Virus record (IMG/VR): IMGVR_UViG_3300042309_002578
Span: 74,384-138,383 of that record
Direction: 5' to 3' (one strand)
From: a virus
DNA length: 64,000 nt
Each line of letters starts with the position of its first letter. The first letter of the stretch is position 1. Shown one piece after another: positions 30,411 to 41,479 of the stretch. The notes beneath the pieces were generated by a model. The model ran no database searches, was not told the origin of the DNA, and saw nothing but the letters and a program-made list of their open reading frames with translations. The position numbers and the translations under genes are program-made.

Positions 30411-31098
30411 TAGCGTCTTGTTCGGTTTCTTCGTCGAATTTGACGAATTCGCTAATAGTGTCAGTCCATTTACCTCTAGTCCCAATTATGTGATTAGATA
30501 TTTTGATCAGTTCAGCGTTTTTTGCAATTATTGTGTTGCATAAAGATTTTAAAGAATCTGTGAATTCTTGAGAAGATGTGTCTGTAATTCCTGATCTAAC
30601 AATTTGTTGCGCTACTAAATTTTGTGAATTTTTGATATTATTTGTTGCCAGATAAGATTCTGCTTCTGGGAGTGTCGTAGAAGCCCATCTATCTCTTTCA
30701 GCAGTAGCATACTTGTTAACTAATTTGTCTGTAAGTTGAGCAGCATAACTGTAAATATTTTTAACTACTTGAGTTTTGGCAGCTATTAAAGTTTGAGGCA
30801 ACAAAGCAGCCGCTTCTTTATCTTTAATAACTTGTTCTAATTGTTGATAAACAGCAATTTTGCTAATGTAAACATTGTACTCTTCTACATTTAAATCTAA
30901 AGATTCAATAGTACCATTATGGTGTATGGTTTGGTGTAGAATCCCTTTGTAGTAATCCAACTGTTTTACATTAACAGGTAAAGTAAAGCTAGGTTCAAAC
31001 TGCTTAAATAAGTCTACAGATAACTTGTGTAAAGTAGTGTTATCGTTAAGGCTTACTTCTTGAGCATCTTGAAAAGGTCTGATAATAAAGTATTGCAT
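30358..31098 (-). CDS. Probable tail fibre assembly protein
   Basis: Directly downstream of the tail fibre; Y...E...W...EA..Y and IIGTR..I.W pattern. Confidence 0.6.
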   Translation of the reverse strand: MQYFIIRPFQDAQEVSLNDNTTLHKLSVDLFKQFEPSFTLPVNVKQLDYYKGILHQTIHHNGTIESLDLNVEEYNVYISKIAVYQQLEQVIKDKEAAALLPQTLIAAKTQVVKNIYSYAAQLTDKLVNKYATAERDRWASTTLPEAESYLATNNIKNSQNLVAQQIVRSGITDTSSQEFTDSLKSLCNTIIAKNAELIKISNHIIGTRGKWTDTISEFVKFDEETEQDAITRILAIDWKIGWEIPE

Positions 31099-31100
31099 TT

Positions 31101-34100
31101 TTATTTTACTTTTATGATGAAATTAGACGCTAAAAATGGCTGCATATTGTTGTGAGGTTGACTATCCCCTGTAGGATTCACTGATACTGCAATACCATAA
31201 TTTATACTTGTTTCAGTAATATTTGAGCCTCCCCAATCAGTTGTATGTCTTCCCCAAGCATAATCATTTCTAGATCCAGCCCCTCCTGGTTGATATCCGT
31301 CACTTCCATCAGGATATCCTGGAAAATTAATTTGAACTTGAGTTAAAGTATGGGAATGCCCAGGATCACTAATAGTATGAATATGCGCTCCTGTGGTGCT
31401 AGTGTGTCCATGACTAGGCATTTCATTAGTAGTCAAAGTATGAGTAGCCGCACCCCCAGTAGCTCCTAGTGCGTAATCTCCTCCCGCGCCAAGGAAAACT
31501 CTTCCTCGACTATCTGGCAGACGAACAGTTGTTGTTCCATTACCGCTGTACGGCGCACCTAGCGCGACAAGATCGGCAACAAGTTCTGTGCTAATTTCAG
31601 AGCGCAGAACTTCCTGCCCATGCGCCCATTTCCAGCGAGAGGAAGGGAGTGTGCTTCGGAAATATTTCTCAATCTTGCCAACAGGGATAGCTGCGTCAAC
31701 CATATCCCGCAATTCTGCTGTTGTTATTTTATTTTGTTTTAAATCCAAAGCAGATTTTAGAGATTTTGGTGTTATTGCTCTTTTGTCGTCAAGCCCGTCT
31801 ATCGCTTCTTCATCTGTTGTCAGTTCCACAAATCCAGGGCTTTCAGTTGTGGCATAAACGCCAGAATCTGTTGGTATTGGGGCTAAAAACCTCGATCTGG
31901 TATCAAAATTGAGTTGCGCCGATCTTAAATCTAGGGTTGAATTTGGGTATAAGAACAGCCTTTCCGTGACAGTAAGCCTCTTAAAAACCTTAGAGTCGCT
32001 TTCACCAGAATTTAAGTTTGTTTCGTCCCCTGTCTTTGTGTCAATTATCTTGTCACCAATAAAATAATTTCCATCCTGATCCATCCCACAGGAATAAACG
32101 CGCCCACCATTAGTCTCTCGTTTCATCTTGGCAACGCTTTCAGCTAGAGTTAAGACCCTAGTATGAAATTTTGGCAATGCTGATGAGTAGTTGTTGTACC
32201 CAACCCACTCCCAAGTATGTCCAGACGCTCTAATTAATGACGGCTTTATAAACTCAGGATAAATATTCACCTGTTGATTATCTTTTCTGATTAATCTTTC
32301 GTTACTGGATGTTTCTAGTAACTGGATTGTCTGTTCTTCGGGTATTGTTAATGCTAACAATACCGTTTTGGCAGCGATATATGACCTACTTAAAACTGAG
32401 TTCGGATCAGGCATATCCACATTTAGTTGTGGATATAGATCGTCATTTTTGTCGTTGATGCCGTCTGCATTTAAAAGCGAGATATAGTAACTACCAGATG
32501 GCAGGACATTTCCTGCGCTGTCCACACTTTTTACAGACGAAATAAACAGATTTTTATTAATCTGTAAATTTGGCATTTCGTCTGCATTAAATTTTAAAAT
32601 ATAGTTTTCTTGTGGATTTCTATTCACACCATCAACTCTAAACCAAAATATTCTATCGTCTGGTTTTCTTTCGTCTGGGTTTCTTTTTATAATAACTGGA
32701 AGCGTGTCAATAAGATTTCTGTTTGTGTAAATATCATTATTAGTATCTAACACATTAAAATAGTGTCCATTGCTATCTGTTCCCACTAAATTCACCGAAG
32801 AAACAAGGCGTGCTGAGTATTCTACATTATCAGCACCAACTACATAAATTAATTCATTTTGTAAAAGCGAGAATGGCGAGATTCTTTGAGGGTTAAATGG
32901 TCCATCTATATATATTTTTGTCGCTGTTGACAAAGATGAAACAAAGCCAGAAATAGCATAATTTAAAACATTGCTAACTATCGGCTTTGGTGGCACTATT
33001 TTTGTGATCGTCCCGCCTGAATCTTGTGGCAGGGCATGATTGCTGTATCCATCAGCAAAGAGCGAAATATCGCCAAAATTTGAACAACTATTTGTGACGC
33101 TTAATTCGCCACCGCTTAAAGTTTTAAAGTGTGTGCCAGCGCAAACAACAAAGCAGGAAACTATCTGCATATAACCATTGTTTATTGCACTAAAGGAAAA
33201 ATGTCTCCATGTGTCTTTATATGATTTGCCACCTGGGCTATTAAGATTGACGACAAAAGCTCTTGGATCTGACTGTAAGCTAACATTCGTGAACTGGGAT
33301 GCAACTATTGATTTTAGACCCTGCAACTTGCTGCCGTCGCAGGATATTCCGCACATTCCAAAACGCGATCGCAGAGAACAATTAAATACGTATACAGAAC
33401 TTCCATTGACGCTATTAATGTCTAAAAATCCATCATCGTCTACTGATGTATTGTCTGTTGCCAATGCTGTTATTATTGTCTCCTCGCTGACTGCATCTAG
33501 TTCTCCAGCGTTCATTGGTGGATTTAATGTGTTAGAAAATGCTCTCTCTATTTTTGGGTAATAGCCATAGGATTCATCTGAAAGCTCAAGTGTTGATGCT
33601 GGCTCAGTTGCGCTACACAGGTGGTGTGTGGTTTTTATGCTTTTGTTGTCGAAAAAAGTTAACCCTGTGATAAGAGAACCGCCTGTCGCCTTAAATATTG
33701 CTGTTCTTCCGATACTTGAATTGTCTGGGGAACACTCGCATTGCAAATTAGGATCGTATGGATTATTTAGCTCCCAGGTTGCTACATCGCCAACGTAGCG
33801 CGGAATAATTTTAGTTTTTCTAAGGTCTGAGGCAACTATAGAGCATCCCCTTGGAATAACAACACCACCTGTTGGCGGATTAAAATACGAATATTTGGTG
33901 ACAACAACAATGTCGCCTACCCCACTCCAACTGCCAACAATATTTTTAATCCTGTAACTGCCAGTATTATTAATTGCAGTATCAATTATTGCTCTGCTGC
34001 CGTTACCACCAAATATTTGCTGCCCAGGCTTTAGTTCTTCGTAGGTCGCATTAGATGTGTTCGCTAAAGTTAAAACCTTAGTTTCTGTGTTGTAAGTTTG

Positions 34101-35006
34101 TATATTCCCAACTTGAAGTGGTTGAACAATTTCTGTTTCTAGCGACAGAGGCTGTATCTGTACAAAATCAGAAACACCTGGACGATTATCAACAATATAA
34201 TTCCCAGGTGCTAAATACACAGTAGCTTCATCATAGACATCTATTTGATTATTTGTGTTTGGTCTGTAGCTTCTTCTGGCTACCTCCAGCATAGCCCTTT
34301 CTATGGTTCTGAATGGGCTATATTGATCTGTGCCAGGATTAAGCAATGAATCGTCAGCTTTACCGTTTTTTTCATCAACATAAAAAATGTTACCTCCCGG
34401 TTTTGATGAAACTAAATTATTGTATCTTTTCCAAAGTTCAAGTTTTAGGGATGATAATGCTTTTGTGTCATCTTCGCCAGCGAAGACATTCTCTTGTGTC
34501 GCAATTTTTAGTAACCCTCCTGTTGATTCATCACCAGAAAAAATATGTCTTAATATTTTAAAAGTTTTTCTGTCTCTGTAGTCATCTACTGTAGTTACTG
34601 CGTTTGCAAATGTCGTAACTTTTGCCATCACGATTACATTGTTTGGGTATCCAACAGAGTAAGATACAACGCCATTATCACCAACATAAATCCACACTGT
34701 CGCGTTGTTTGGCAAAGCTAAACTACCAGCAACAACATTTATTTTTGTGTTGTTAAGTAATTCAATAGTCCCACCGCTAAATAATATATTTAGTCCAGAA
34801 CCTGCGGTCACTCGTAACGCATTCTCAAAGCTTCTAAAATCTGGCTTTATGTTCCCTGCTTCATTACTTAGAGAACTATCTGACAATCTTTGTAAATGTC
34901 CTGGATATTCATCCTCGTTAGGATCTCTGTCAAATCTTGGTCGTATAAAAGCGTTAAATTCGTCTGGTGTTGGGATAGTCCCGTATTGATAATTTGGTAA
35001 TGGCAT
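31101..35006 (-). CDS. Tail fibre protein, cyanophage-type, with C-terminal collar domain
   Basis: PFRTIERA, GGVVIPRGCSIVASDLRKT, RASGHTWEWVGY; collar RLPDSRGR..HTLTTNEMPSH..HNNMQPF..FIIK. Confidence 0.9.
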   Translation of the reverse strand: MPLPNYQYGTIPTPDEFNAFIRPRFDRDPNEDEYPGHLQRLSDSSLSNEAGNIKPDFRSFENALRVTAGSGLNILFSGGTIELLNNTKINVVAGSLALPNNATVWIYVGDNGVVSYSVGYPNNVIVMAKVTTFANAVTTVDDYRDRKTFKILRHIFSGDESTGGLLKIATQENVFAGEDDTKALSSLKLELWKRYNNLVSSKPGGNIFYVDEKNGKADDSLLNPGTDQYSPFRTIERAMLEVARRSYRPNTNNQIDVYDEATVYLAPGNYIVDNRPGVSDFVQIQPLSLETEIVQPLQVGNIQTYNTETKVLTLANTSNATYEELKPGQQIFGGNGSRAIIDTAINNTGSYRIKNIVGSWSGVGDIVVVTKYSYFNPPTGGVVIPRGCSIVASDLRKTKIIPRYVGDVATWELNNPYDPNLQCECSPDNSSIGRTAIFKATGGSLITGLTFFDNKSIKTTHHLCSATEPASTLELSDESYGYYPKIERAFSNTLNPPMNAGELDAVSEETIITALATDNTSVDDDGFLDINSVNGSSVYVFNCSLRSRFGMCGISCDGSKLQGLKSIVASQFTNVSLQSDPRAFVVNLNSPGGKSYKDTWRHFSFSAINNGYMQIVSCFVVCAGTHFKTLSGGELSVTNSCSNFGDISLFADGYSNHALPQDSGGTITKIVPPKPIVSNVLNYAISGFVSSLSTATKIYIDGPFNPQRISPFSLLQNELIYVVGADNVEYSARLVSSVNLVGTDSNGHYFNVLDTNNDIYTNRNLIDTLPVIIKRNPDERKPDDRIFWFRVDGVNRNPQENYILKFNADEMPNLQINKNLFISSVKSVDSAGNVLPSGSYYISLLNADGINDKNDDLYPQLNVDMPDPNSVLSRSYIAAKTVLLALTIPEEQTIQLLETSSNERLIRKDNQQVNIYPEFIKPSLIRASGHTWEWVGYNNYSSALPKFHTRVLTLAESVAKMKRETNGGRVYSCGMDQDGNYFIGDKIIDTKTGDETNLNSGESDSKVFKRLTVTERLFLYPNSTLDLRSAQLNFDTRSRFLAPIPTDSGVYATTESPGFVELTTDEEAIDGLDDKRAITPKSLKSALDLKQNKITTAELRDMVDAAIPVGKIEKYFRSTLPSSRWKWAHGQEVLRSEISTELVADLVALGAPYSGNGTTTVRLPDSRGRVFLGAGGDYALGATGGAATHTLTTNEMPSHGHTSTTGAHIHTISDPGHSHTLTQVQINFPGYPDGSDGYQPGGAGSRNDYAWGRHTTDWGGSNITETSINYGIAVSVNPTGDSQPHNNMQPFLASNFIIKVK

Positions 35007-35018
35007 AATAATAAATTC

Positions 35019-35456
35019 CTACTCTTGTGTAAAACTCTTTTTGGGTAGTTTCCCAATAAATCTTGTTAATGACTCTTCTGCAATTTTTATGACTTGATCG
35101 TTTTTCGGCGCAAAAATAAAATTTCTTTTGGGTATTCTATATGTACCACTTATATGGTATATCATGTGGTCTTCAAATTTGATAAAAATTTTACGCCCAT
35201 CTATATAGAATTTAATTGAATTTTTACCAGCAAAAGTCTCTTGAAGCTTTCTACTAGTTTTCTTTCTTTTCCAAGTGCCAGATGTTAAGTCACTCCACGG
35301 CGATGAATTGTCCAGGTCTTGCTCCAAATTAAAGGCTTCATCAGTGTTTTTTTTGGCATTGATTGCTACACTATTTAATATGTCTCTTGGATTTGACAAC
35401 ATTGAATCAATTTTCAAGAGAGACACTAAAACATCTTCTTCTAGCTTAATTTCCAT
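35019..35456 (-). CDS. Virion morphogenesis / tail completion protein (Mu gpG-like)
   Basis: AFNLEQD..PWSDLT..T..RK..LQET..YHISGT..IPKRNFI; likely start MEIKL at 35456. Confidence 0.75.
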   Translation of the reverse strand: MEIKLEEDVLVSLLKIDSMLSNPRDILNSVAINAKKNTDEAFNLEQDLDNSSPWSDLTSGTWKRKKTSRKLQETFAGKNSIKFYIDGRKIFIKFEDHMIYHISGTYRIPKRNFIFAPKNDQVIKIAEESLTRFIGKLPKKSFTQE

Positions 35457-36684
35457 GTCTAATTTTGTACCTGTAGAAGCACCTAGTATATACCCAGAGA
35501 GTCCGCTGTCTTTGTTGGCGTACATGGAGCAACGCCAAAGAGACGTAAGTGAAGGCATAATTAATGATTTTAACCCATCTTCACCAATTACGGCATTTAA
35601 TGAGGGAGTTCTTTGGGCAATATTAGAAATGTTGGCCTATGCAGACAGGATTCCTTTGGCTGCATCTATATTTCATCTGCGAACTGCGGCGATCGCTAGA
35701 AGGTTGGGCGAAAAAGCTCGCGTAACACTAACAATTCAGCTAACAACAACAGTTGCATATTGGGAGCTAAACAAGGGTTATCGAGTAGCAACAAACAGCG
35801 CACTTCAGTACGAAACAGATGAGGCACTTTTTATATATAACGGTGACACCGGAACAGTCAGTGCTACTGCTGTGGGCGACGGAACTCAATACAATCAACC
35901 AATTTTAACTGTCAACGTAATTATAGAAACAAGAGCTTTTTTGCAAAGTATTACAAACTATGAACCTGCTGCTGGCGGCATAGATGCGGAGACTGATCAA
36001 GAAGTATTTTCTAGGGGCTTTGCATCTCTAAGAAGACATAACACTCTTGTTACTGAAGACGACTTTAAACAATATATTGAATTTGAGTTAGGTGATGGGT
36101 CTGTTGTCAAAGTTATTGGTAGATTGGGAGCAGACAAGGCTTCATATATTGCGGGTGCGATACACATCTTCGTTTTAAATCAAGATGGATCTCAAACAAA
36201 TGATGCCCAAAGAACTGCGCTTCTAAATAAAATTAGTCCAAGTTTGCCGAGTTTTTTGCAAAACACAGTTTTACCGTCCGTTGGGACTGGGGTATTTGTT
36301 TCAAGTATTGAATTTTATGATGTTGAATTTGAGATGACGGGAACAATTGTTGCTGGAGATGATCCAGCAACAAGAGCCGCGCAAATTTGGGAAGATTTAA
36401 CTCTGTATTTAGATCCCAGAAACTTAAAACCTGGGGAAACCGTAATTTTGTACAATCTTATCTCTATTTGCATAAATGCTGGCATCAAGGATGTGCAAAA
36501 TTTTAGAGCGTACAATTACACGCTTAACGATAGCGGGACTGAAGATTTACAAATATTAGACAGCAATATACCAATGCCAAACGAATGGACATTAATAAGA
36601 ATGCTTGAAGTTCGGATCACATTAATAGACAAAGATGGTAATATTCATGAGTATTTTTACGGCAATGGTGGGAGTCCAGATTAA
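35455..36684 (+). CDS. Baseplate J-like wedge protein
   Basis: V.ATA..GT.YN, TN.EPAAGGIDAETD, LVTEDDF; likely start MSNFV at 35455. Confidence 0.9.
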   Translation: MSNFVPVEAPSIYPESPLSLLAYMEQRQRDVSEGIINDFNPSSPITAFNEGVLWAILEMLAYADRIPLAASIFHLRTAAIARRLGEKARVTLTIQLTTTVAYWELNKGYRVATNSALQYETDEALFIYNGDTGTVSATAVGDGTQYNQPILTVNVIIETRAFLQSITNYEPAAGGIDAETDQEVFSRGFASLRRHNTLVTEDDFKQYIEFELGDGSVVKVIGRLGADKASYIAGAIHIFVLNQDGSQTNDAQRTALLNKISPSLPSFLQNTVLPSVGTGVFVSSIEFYDVEFEMTGTIVAGDDPATRAAQIWEDLTLYLDPRNLKPGETVILYNLISICINAGIKDVQNFRAYNYTLNDSGTEDLQILDSNIPMPNEWTLIRMLEVRITLIDKDGNIHEYFYGNGGSPD

Positions 36685-37922
36685 TGTCTGAAAAATCGTG
36701 GCAATTAAATCGTCCTATATATTTGCGATTGCCTAATGAAAGTGGTGCTTATCAGGGCAACGAAATTGTTGATGCAATCACAACTCCGTGGGATGAGCAA
36801 CTTGTAGACATTAAAAATACATTATTGAATTTCAACAATGATTTTATCAACCCCGATACAGCAAGGGTTGATGCCCTTGATTGGTTAGCACAGCTATCTG
36901 GTTTTACAGGAGAGTATTGGGACACGAACTGGACTGCAGCCATTAAACGAGAACTTATTAAAAATTCTCATACTAAAATTTGGTCGCATAAAGGTACTGT
37001 AATGCTTTTGCAGTACCTACTTGATTTATTTGGGCTTGACGCAGTAGTTTATGCTGAAAACGTATGGTTTATAGGAATTACCGCTATTGGTTCACCTGTT
37101 GGGGGTAGAACCCTATATTACGCAATAAAATTGTTTATCCCTGGTGCAGAAAATCGGCAATTTTACACGAGGAACTCAAAAGAATGGAAATTTATTGAGC
37201 GTTTAAATCGTCTGTATATGCCGTGTTGGTGTGGCAGTATACCAACAAACGGAAACTTTATTCATTATGAAAAATTTATTATTGGTGTTAGTGCTGTCGG
37301 AGATCCGATTTGGTCTGGATCAATTAACAAGAATCCCATAATCACAGTGAATTTTGGGTCGGGAATTGCAATTAATTCGTCTATGCAAATTGGTGCTAAT
37401 TTCAGTATTGGTTCTGGTTTTGATACCAGAATTATTCGACCAATTATTGCCAATTTTGGTATTGGTAATTCTACCAATACAACAAAAGTAATAACCTCTA
37501 ACTTTGGTATTGGTAGTGGTTTTGATGCCGCAAAAGTAATAACTTCTAATTTCGGTATTGGTTCTGGTTTTGATGCCGCAAAAGTAATAACTTCTAATTT
37601 CGGTATTGGTTCTGGTTTTGATGCCAGAATTATTCGACCAATTATTGCCAACTTTGGTATTGGTAATTCTACCAATACAACAAAAGTAATAACCTCTAAC
37701 TTTGGTATTGGTTCTGGTTTTGATGCCGCAAAAGTAATAACTTCTAATTTCGGTATTGGTTCTGGTTTTAATTCATCAAAAGTTATAGTTACTGACTTTG
37801 GTATTGGTGGTGGACTTAGTTCATCAATAACTATAGTTGCTGACTTTGGTATTGGTAATGCCGACAATACAACTAAAGTTATACTTACCAACTTTGGTAT
37901 TGGTTCTGGCTTTGATTTATGA
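36684..37922 (+). CDS. Baseplate/tail protein I-like with C-terminal NFGIG repeats
   Basis: INPDTA...LDWLAQ..W..KRELIK..KGT; follows the J-like gene; about 13 repeats of 14-18 aa. Confidence 0.85.
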   Translation: MSEKSWQLNRPIYLRLPNESGAYQGNEIVDAITTPWDEQLVDIKNTLLNFNNDFINPDTARVDALDWLAQLSGFTGEYWDTNWTAAIKRELIKNSHTKIWSHKGTVMLLQYLLDLFGLDAVVYAENVWFIGITAIGSPVGGRTLYYAIKLFIPGAENRQFYTRNSKEWKFIERLNRLYMPCWCGSIPTNGNFIHYEKFIIGVSAVGDPIWSGSINKNPIITVNFGSGIAINSSMQIGANFSIGSGFDTRIIRPIIANFGIGNSTNTTKVITSNFGIGSGFDAAKVITSNFGIGSGFDAAKVITSNFGIGSGFDARIIRPIIANFGIGNSTNTTKVITSNFGIGSGFDAAKVITSNFGIGSGFNSSKVIVTDFGIGGGLSSSITIVADFGIGNADNTTKVILTNFGIGSGFDL

Positions 37923-38025
37923 ACAACTACTTCCGTGTAGCCTTAAATATGTTTTTGTGCTATTTGTTCGGTATGTAAATAAATTTGATACAATTTTTAT
38001 ATTGAGGGAAAAATAGGTAAAAATT

Positions 38026-38487
38026 ATGCCAACAAGACAATTATTTGATTCATGGGTAAAGCTAGTAGCGGACACAATGTTTGTAGGAGTAACTGCCCCA
38101 GACCCCACAAAGTTTTATGCAATTTTATCTAACTCAAACGCAATAAGTCGTGATATGACGATGGCTCAAGTTATTGCACTTGAGTTGCCCACAACAAACG
38201 GGTACTCAAGGCAGCCATTAGTCTTTACTACTGGCTTTTACAGCAGCGCAAATAAACGCTATGAATTACCAAATTTAAATATAAATTTCGCAGCAAATAA
38301 TAGCGGGTCATTTCAGTTTAGAACTCTTGTTATTGTTGCTGATGCAATTTCTACTGTGGGCAATACAACCGGTAAATTGGTTGGATTTAGCACGGAGGAC
38401 GCAATAGTGACTGTGGCAGCAAACCAAACACAGCCGTTTGTGATTCCAATCGCAACACTGAACACAGGGTACGTTAATGGAGTGTAG
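38026..38487 (+). CDS. Small tail/baseplate-associated structural protein
   Basis: EL.TTNGYSRQP motif; position after baseplate genes. Confidence 0.65.
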   Translation: MPTRQLFDSWVKLVADTMFVGVTAPDPTKFYAILSNSNAISRDMTMAQVIALELPTTNGYSRQPLVFTTGFYSSANKRYELPNLNINFAANNSGSFQFRTLVIVADAISTVGNTTGKLVGFSTEDAIVTVAANQTQPFVIPIATLNTGYVNGV

Positions 38488-38915
38488 CCAATCAAGTTGA
38501 TATTGCTATACGTATGGCGTATAGTTTATGCCAAAAACAATCGCATTATTATTGCCACAACAGACCTTTAATCAAGTATCCTTTTTGTTGCAATCCGTCA
38601 ATTATACAACAGGGCTTACAGCAATAATGTTGGAGAATTAATTAGGCTAACTCAAAATTATGCGTATAATTACACAAAAACGCCATATTCAAAATTTTGA
38701 ATATGGCGTTTTATTTACCTGAGTATTTGTATTATACATAAATTTAGGCATTATTGAGTTTTGCGTAACATTAGACAATGGCGAGAACGAATATCCGTTT
38801 TGCAAATCTAAAAACATATAAAATAACACAAATATAAAAAATAAAAATAACAATTTATGCCTGACTTTGTGTGTCATCCAGTGTAATATAGATTTACAAA
38901 CAAAAAATCAACATC

Positions 38916-39182
38916 ATGCAAACATCCATTGTATTCATGTCGTCTCCAGTTATTCCTGTAAAAAATCTTTTTAATTTTAGTGCAGTTCCTAGTGACTATT
39001 TATTAGCCTGTACGTCAGATTCTTGTTTTCACAGAGGAAACTTTAATAAAATTGTTGAGCAGTTTAAGTCTATCGCACCTCAAGAATCTGATGTGATTAC
39101 AGTAAATACGATCCTTTTTGTTTCGCCAGCGATCGCTAAAATGATTAATGAAAATCCAGAATTAGCACCACAAAGAATTTAA
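38916..39182 (+). CDS. Hypothetical early protein
   Basis: Promoter variant CTGACT-17-TAATAT at 38861-38889. Confidence 0.6.
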   Translation: MQTSIVFMSSPVIPVKNLFNFSAVPSDYLLACTSDSCFHRGNFNKIVEQFKSIAPQESDVITVNTILFVSPAIAKMINENPELAPQRI

Positions 39183-39349
39183 AATCCCATGCTAAATATC
39201 GAAAAAACAACAATTGTCAGGATAGCAAAGATTCTGTGGATCTAATAAATGTGAAATTTGAAAGTGGAACTTTCAAACAAATTAGACCCCATTTTTGGGC
39301 GGAGAAGAATACGTACAAGCGACTTTCCCAGATCAAAAATATGAAGTTG

Positions 39350-39790
39350 TCACGGTAAATTAATTTTCTTAGGCTTCTCTTTGAAGCCTTTTTTCATTTT
39401 TTCTATAAAATTAGGCGTATTGCAACTGTCTAATTTTGGTGGTGGCATTTTTCCAAATGTCCAATTTCTGCCATTATGCGCCATAACATGATGGCGCATA
39501 CACAACGGAAAAATATGCTCACCAATTATTTCCCGTCCAGCGATCGCGCCTTTCTCATTTTGATAAACTGCGTGGTGCGCCTCCTTGGCGTTGTTTTTGC
39601 AATTTGGGTAACAACATTTACCATTGAGAGAGTCTTTACATTTCTTGCTTAATATGCCCCAGTTCTCGCCATATCTCATGTCGTAAACTTGATTTTTTGG
39701 TGCATTTTTACGGATATTCAATATTTCTTGGTGATATTTTGTAATTCTTTTTTTAGGCTTAAGACTCCCAGGTTTTTTGGTGGTAGCCAT
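39350..39790 (-). CDS. HNH endonuclease-like protein
   Basis: CCYPNC...EAHH..Y...FPLCMRHH..AH. Confidence 0.7.
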   Translation of the reverse strand: MATTKKPGSLKPKKRITKYHQEILNIRKNAPKNQVYDMRYGENWGILSKKCKDSLNGKCCYPNCKNNAKEAHHAVYQNEKGAIAGREIIGEHIFPLCMRHHVMAHNGRNWTFGKMPPPKLDSCNTPNFIEKMKKGFKEKPKKINLP

Positions 39791-40242
39791 ATTGATTAAT
39801 TTGTAATATTTGTAATATAGATTATATTACAAAAACTGGGCTTTAAAATTTTAACACTCAGCTTTTTGGTTTTAAATGATGATCATTTTTATTCGTGAAT
39901 TATTCTATCTAAAATTATTGCTTCTTGGTGGTGGGGTGTTTAATATTCCCCCAATTACATCATTTGTCAAATCTTCTAAATCTTTCTGGCTTATTTTTGT
40001 AAACCCAGTCTCGTTATTTATCAAGAAGTTTATATCCTCCTCCTTCCCAATCAGCACATAGTCATTCCCGCTTTCAATCATTGCAGATAGACCAAATTTC
40101 TGAACAAGTTCGCAGCCTATTAAAACGTCAGCTTTGACAATGTTGTTGTCGCTAAAAACTGTGCATTTTTTTAAATTGGAACTCGCAAAATAACAAAAAA
40201 GCGCGTTAAGCCTTGACGGGCTTTTTTGTTGTAAATTATTTT

Positions 40243-40776
40243 TTATTCAAGGTCAACACCAGGTAGATAAAAATCTGTTAAAATTTTTGCCACTTCTTGG
40301 GGTATTTCTTCCAGGTCAGACAAATTTAGGAATATTATCTTTCCTATTGCCATTGTTTTGTTTTTCTCGGTTGCACAATAAAATGTGTCCTCAGTATAAA
40401 ATGTATCTTCGCCATCGCTGTTTTTTTGTTTTGTCACTACCACTTCTAAATCTAAATGCTCTAACGTGAAAGATTCGGTCACGTCTGCTTGATTGTCTTT
40501 GTTTTGTTCAAAGTTAATACCAGGAAGATAAAATTCTGTCAAAAATTTTGCTACCTCTTGGGGTATTTCTTTCAAATCAGACAAAGTATGAAATATTATT
40601 TTTCCTATTGCCATTGTTTTGTTTTTCTCGGTTATGCCATAAATTGTGTCGTCAGCATAAAATGTATTTTCGCCATCGCTGTTTTTTTGTTTTGTCACTG
40701 CCACTTCCCAATCTAAATGCTCTAACATAAAAGATTCGGTCACGTCTGCTTGATTGTCTTTGTTTTGTTCAGTCAT
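40243..40776 (-). CDS. Hypothetical protein made of two ~87-aa repeats
   Basis: EQNKDNQADVTESF..LPG duplicated (261-bp unit); promoter at 40808-40836. Confidence 0.75.
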   Translation of the reverse strand: MTEQNKDNQADVTESFMLEHLDWEVAVTKQKNSDGENTFYADDTIYGITEKNKTMAIGKIIFHTLSDLKEIPQEVAKFLTEFYLPGINFEQNKDNQADVTESFTLEHLDLEVVVTKQKNSDGEDTFYTEDTFYCATEKNKTMAIGKIIFLNLSDLEEIPQEVAKILTDFYLPGVDLE

Positions 40777-40947
40777 TATCTTTTTTTTGTTTTTCTCTAC
40801 TGCATCCATAATACTGTGGTTAACAAATAAAGTCAAGCCATTTTTAATTTATTTTTCTGAATTAATAATTGAACAATTTTTATCGGTAATAGTTAGATTT
40901 TGGCAACTATTACCGATAAATTAATAGCGGTTAGCTTTCACTCCGCT

Positions 40948-41436
40948 TCAGACACTTTCTAAATACTCCTTTTTAGACATTAATTTTGTCCAATATCTGT
41001 CTTCGCTATCTTTCTTGAAAAAGCTGTAAACCGCTTCGCCTTCCAGATTGTGTGTGTATGCTTCGCCACAAGCAAATACACCATTCTTGTGGTAAGCAGG
41101 AGGAAGTGCCTCTAAACAATCCCAGTAATAATCTTTGGAGACTTCTACCCACTCTTTGATATTTTCGTAAAAGTGCCAGACCGATACATCTCTAGGGTCT
41201 ATTGTCCATGATAAATAATTCCCCAAACAATGATGCAGGAAATCCCAGTCCATTTCATCTACGTGAGATCCATCTTTGCCTCGGAAAATTACCTCTAGCG
41301 GATTTGGATTGTTTGTGCCGTAGCTATTTCCTATCTGTAACTTTACTTGAGATTGATCGTTTAGGACGGCAGTAACCATTATTTGTTTGTAAGGCAGTCT
41401 GCTTAGAAATTTTTTGATATCTGCTAATGTTTTCAT
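40948..41436 (-). CDS. DUF1419-like early protein
   Basis: EVSKDYYWDCLEALPP...FACGEAYTH; promoter at 41480-41508. Confidence 0.7.
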   Translation of the reverse strand: MKTLADIKKFLSRLPYKQIMVTAVLNDQSQVKLQIGNSYGTNNPNPLEVIFRGKDGSHVDEMDWDFLHHCLGNYLSWTIDPRDVSVWHFYENIKEWVEVSKDYYWDCLEALPPAYHKNGVFACGEAYTHNLEGEAVYSFFKKDSEDRYWTKLMSKKEYLESV

Positions 41437-41479
41437 TGTTTTTTCGTGTGTTAATTGCTTGTGTTTTTTCTATATATCT

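Noticed and set aside
35275-35454. N-terminal extensions of baseplate J (from 35275) and gpG-like (from 35558)
   Set aside because: Each extension is the antisense of the other gene; family-like sequence begins at the shared CATG.
37265-37891. Antisense ORFs over repeat-rich genes (also 48219-48620, 52240-52641, 59966-60322, 63757-63975)
   Set aside because: Stop-free shadows of low-complexity sense-strand repeats.
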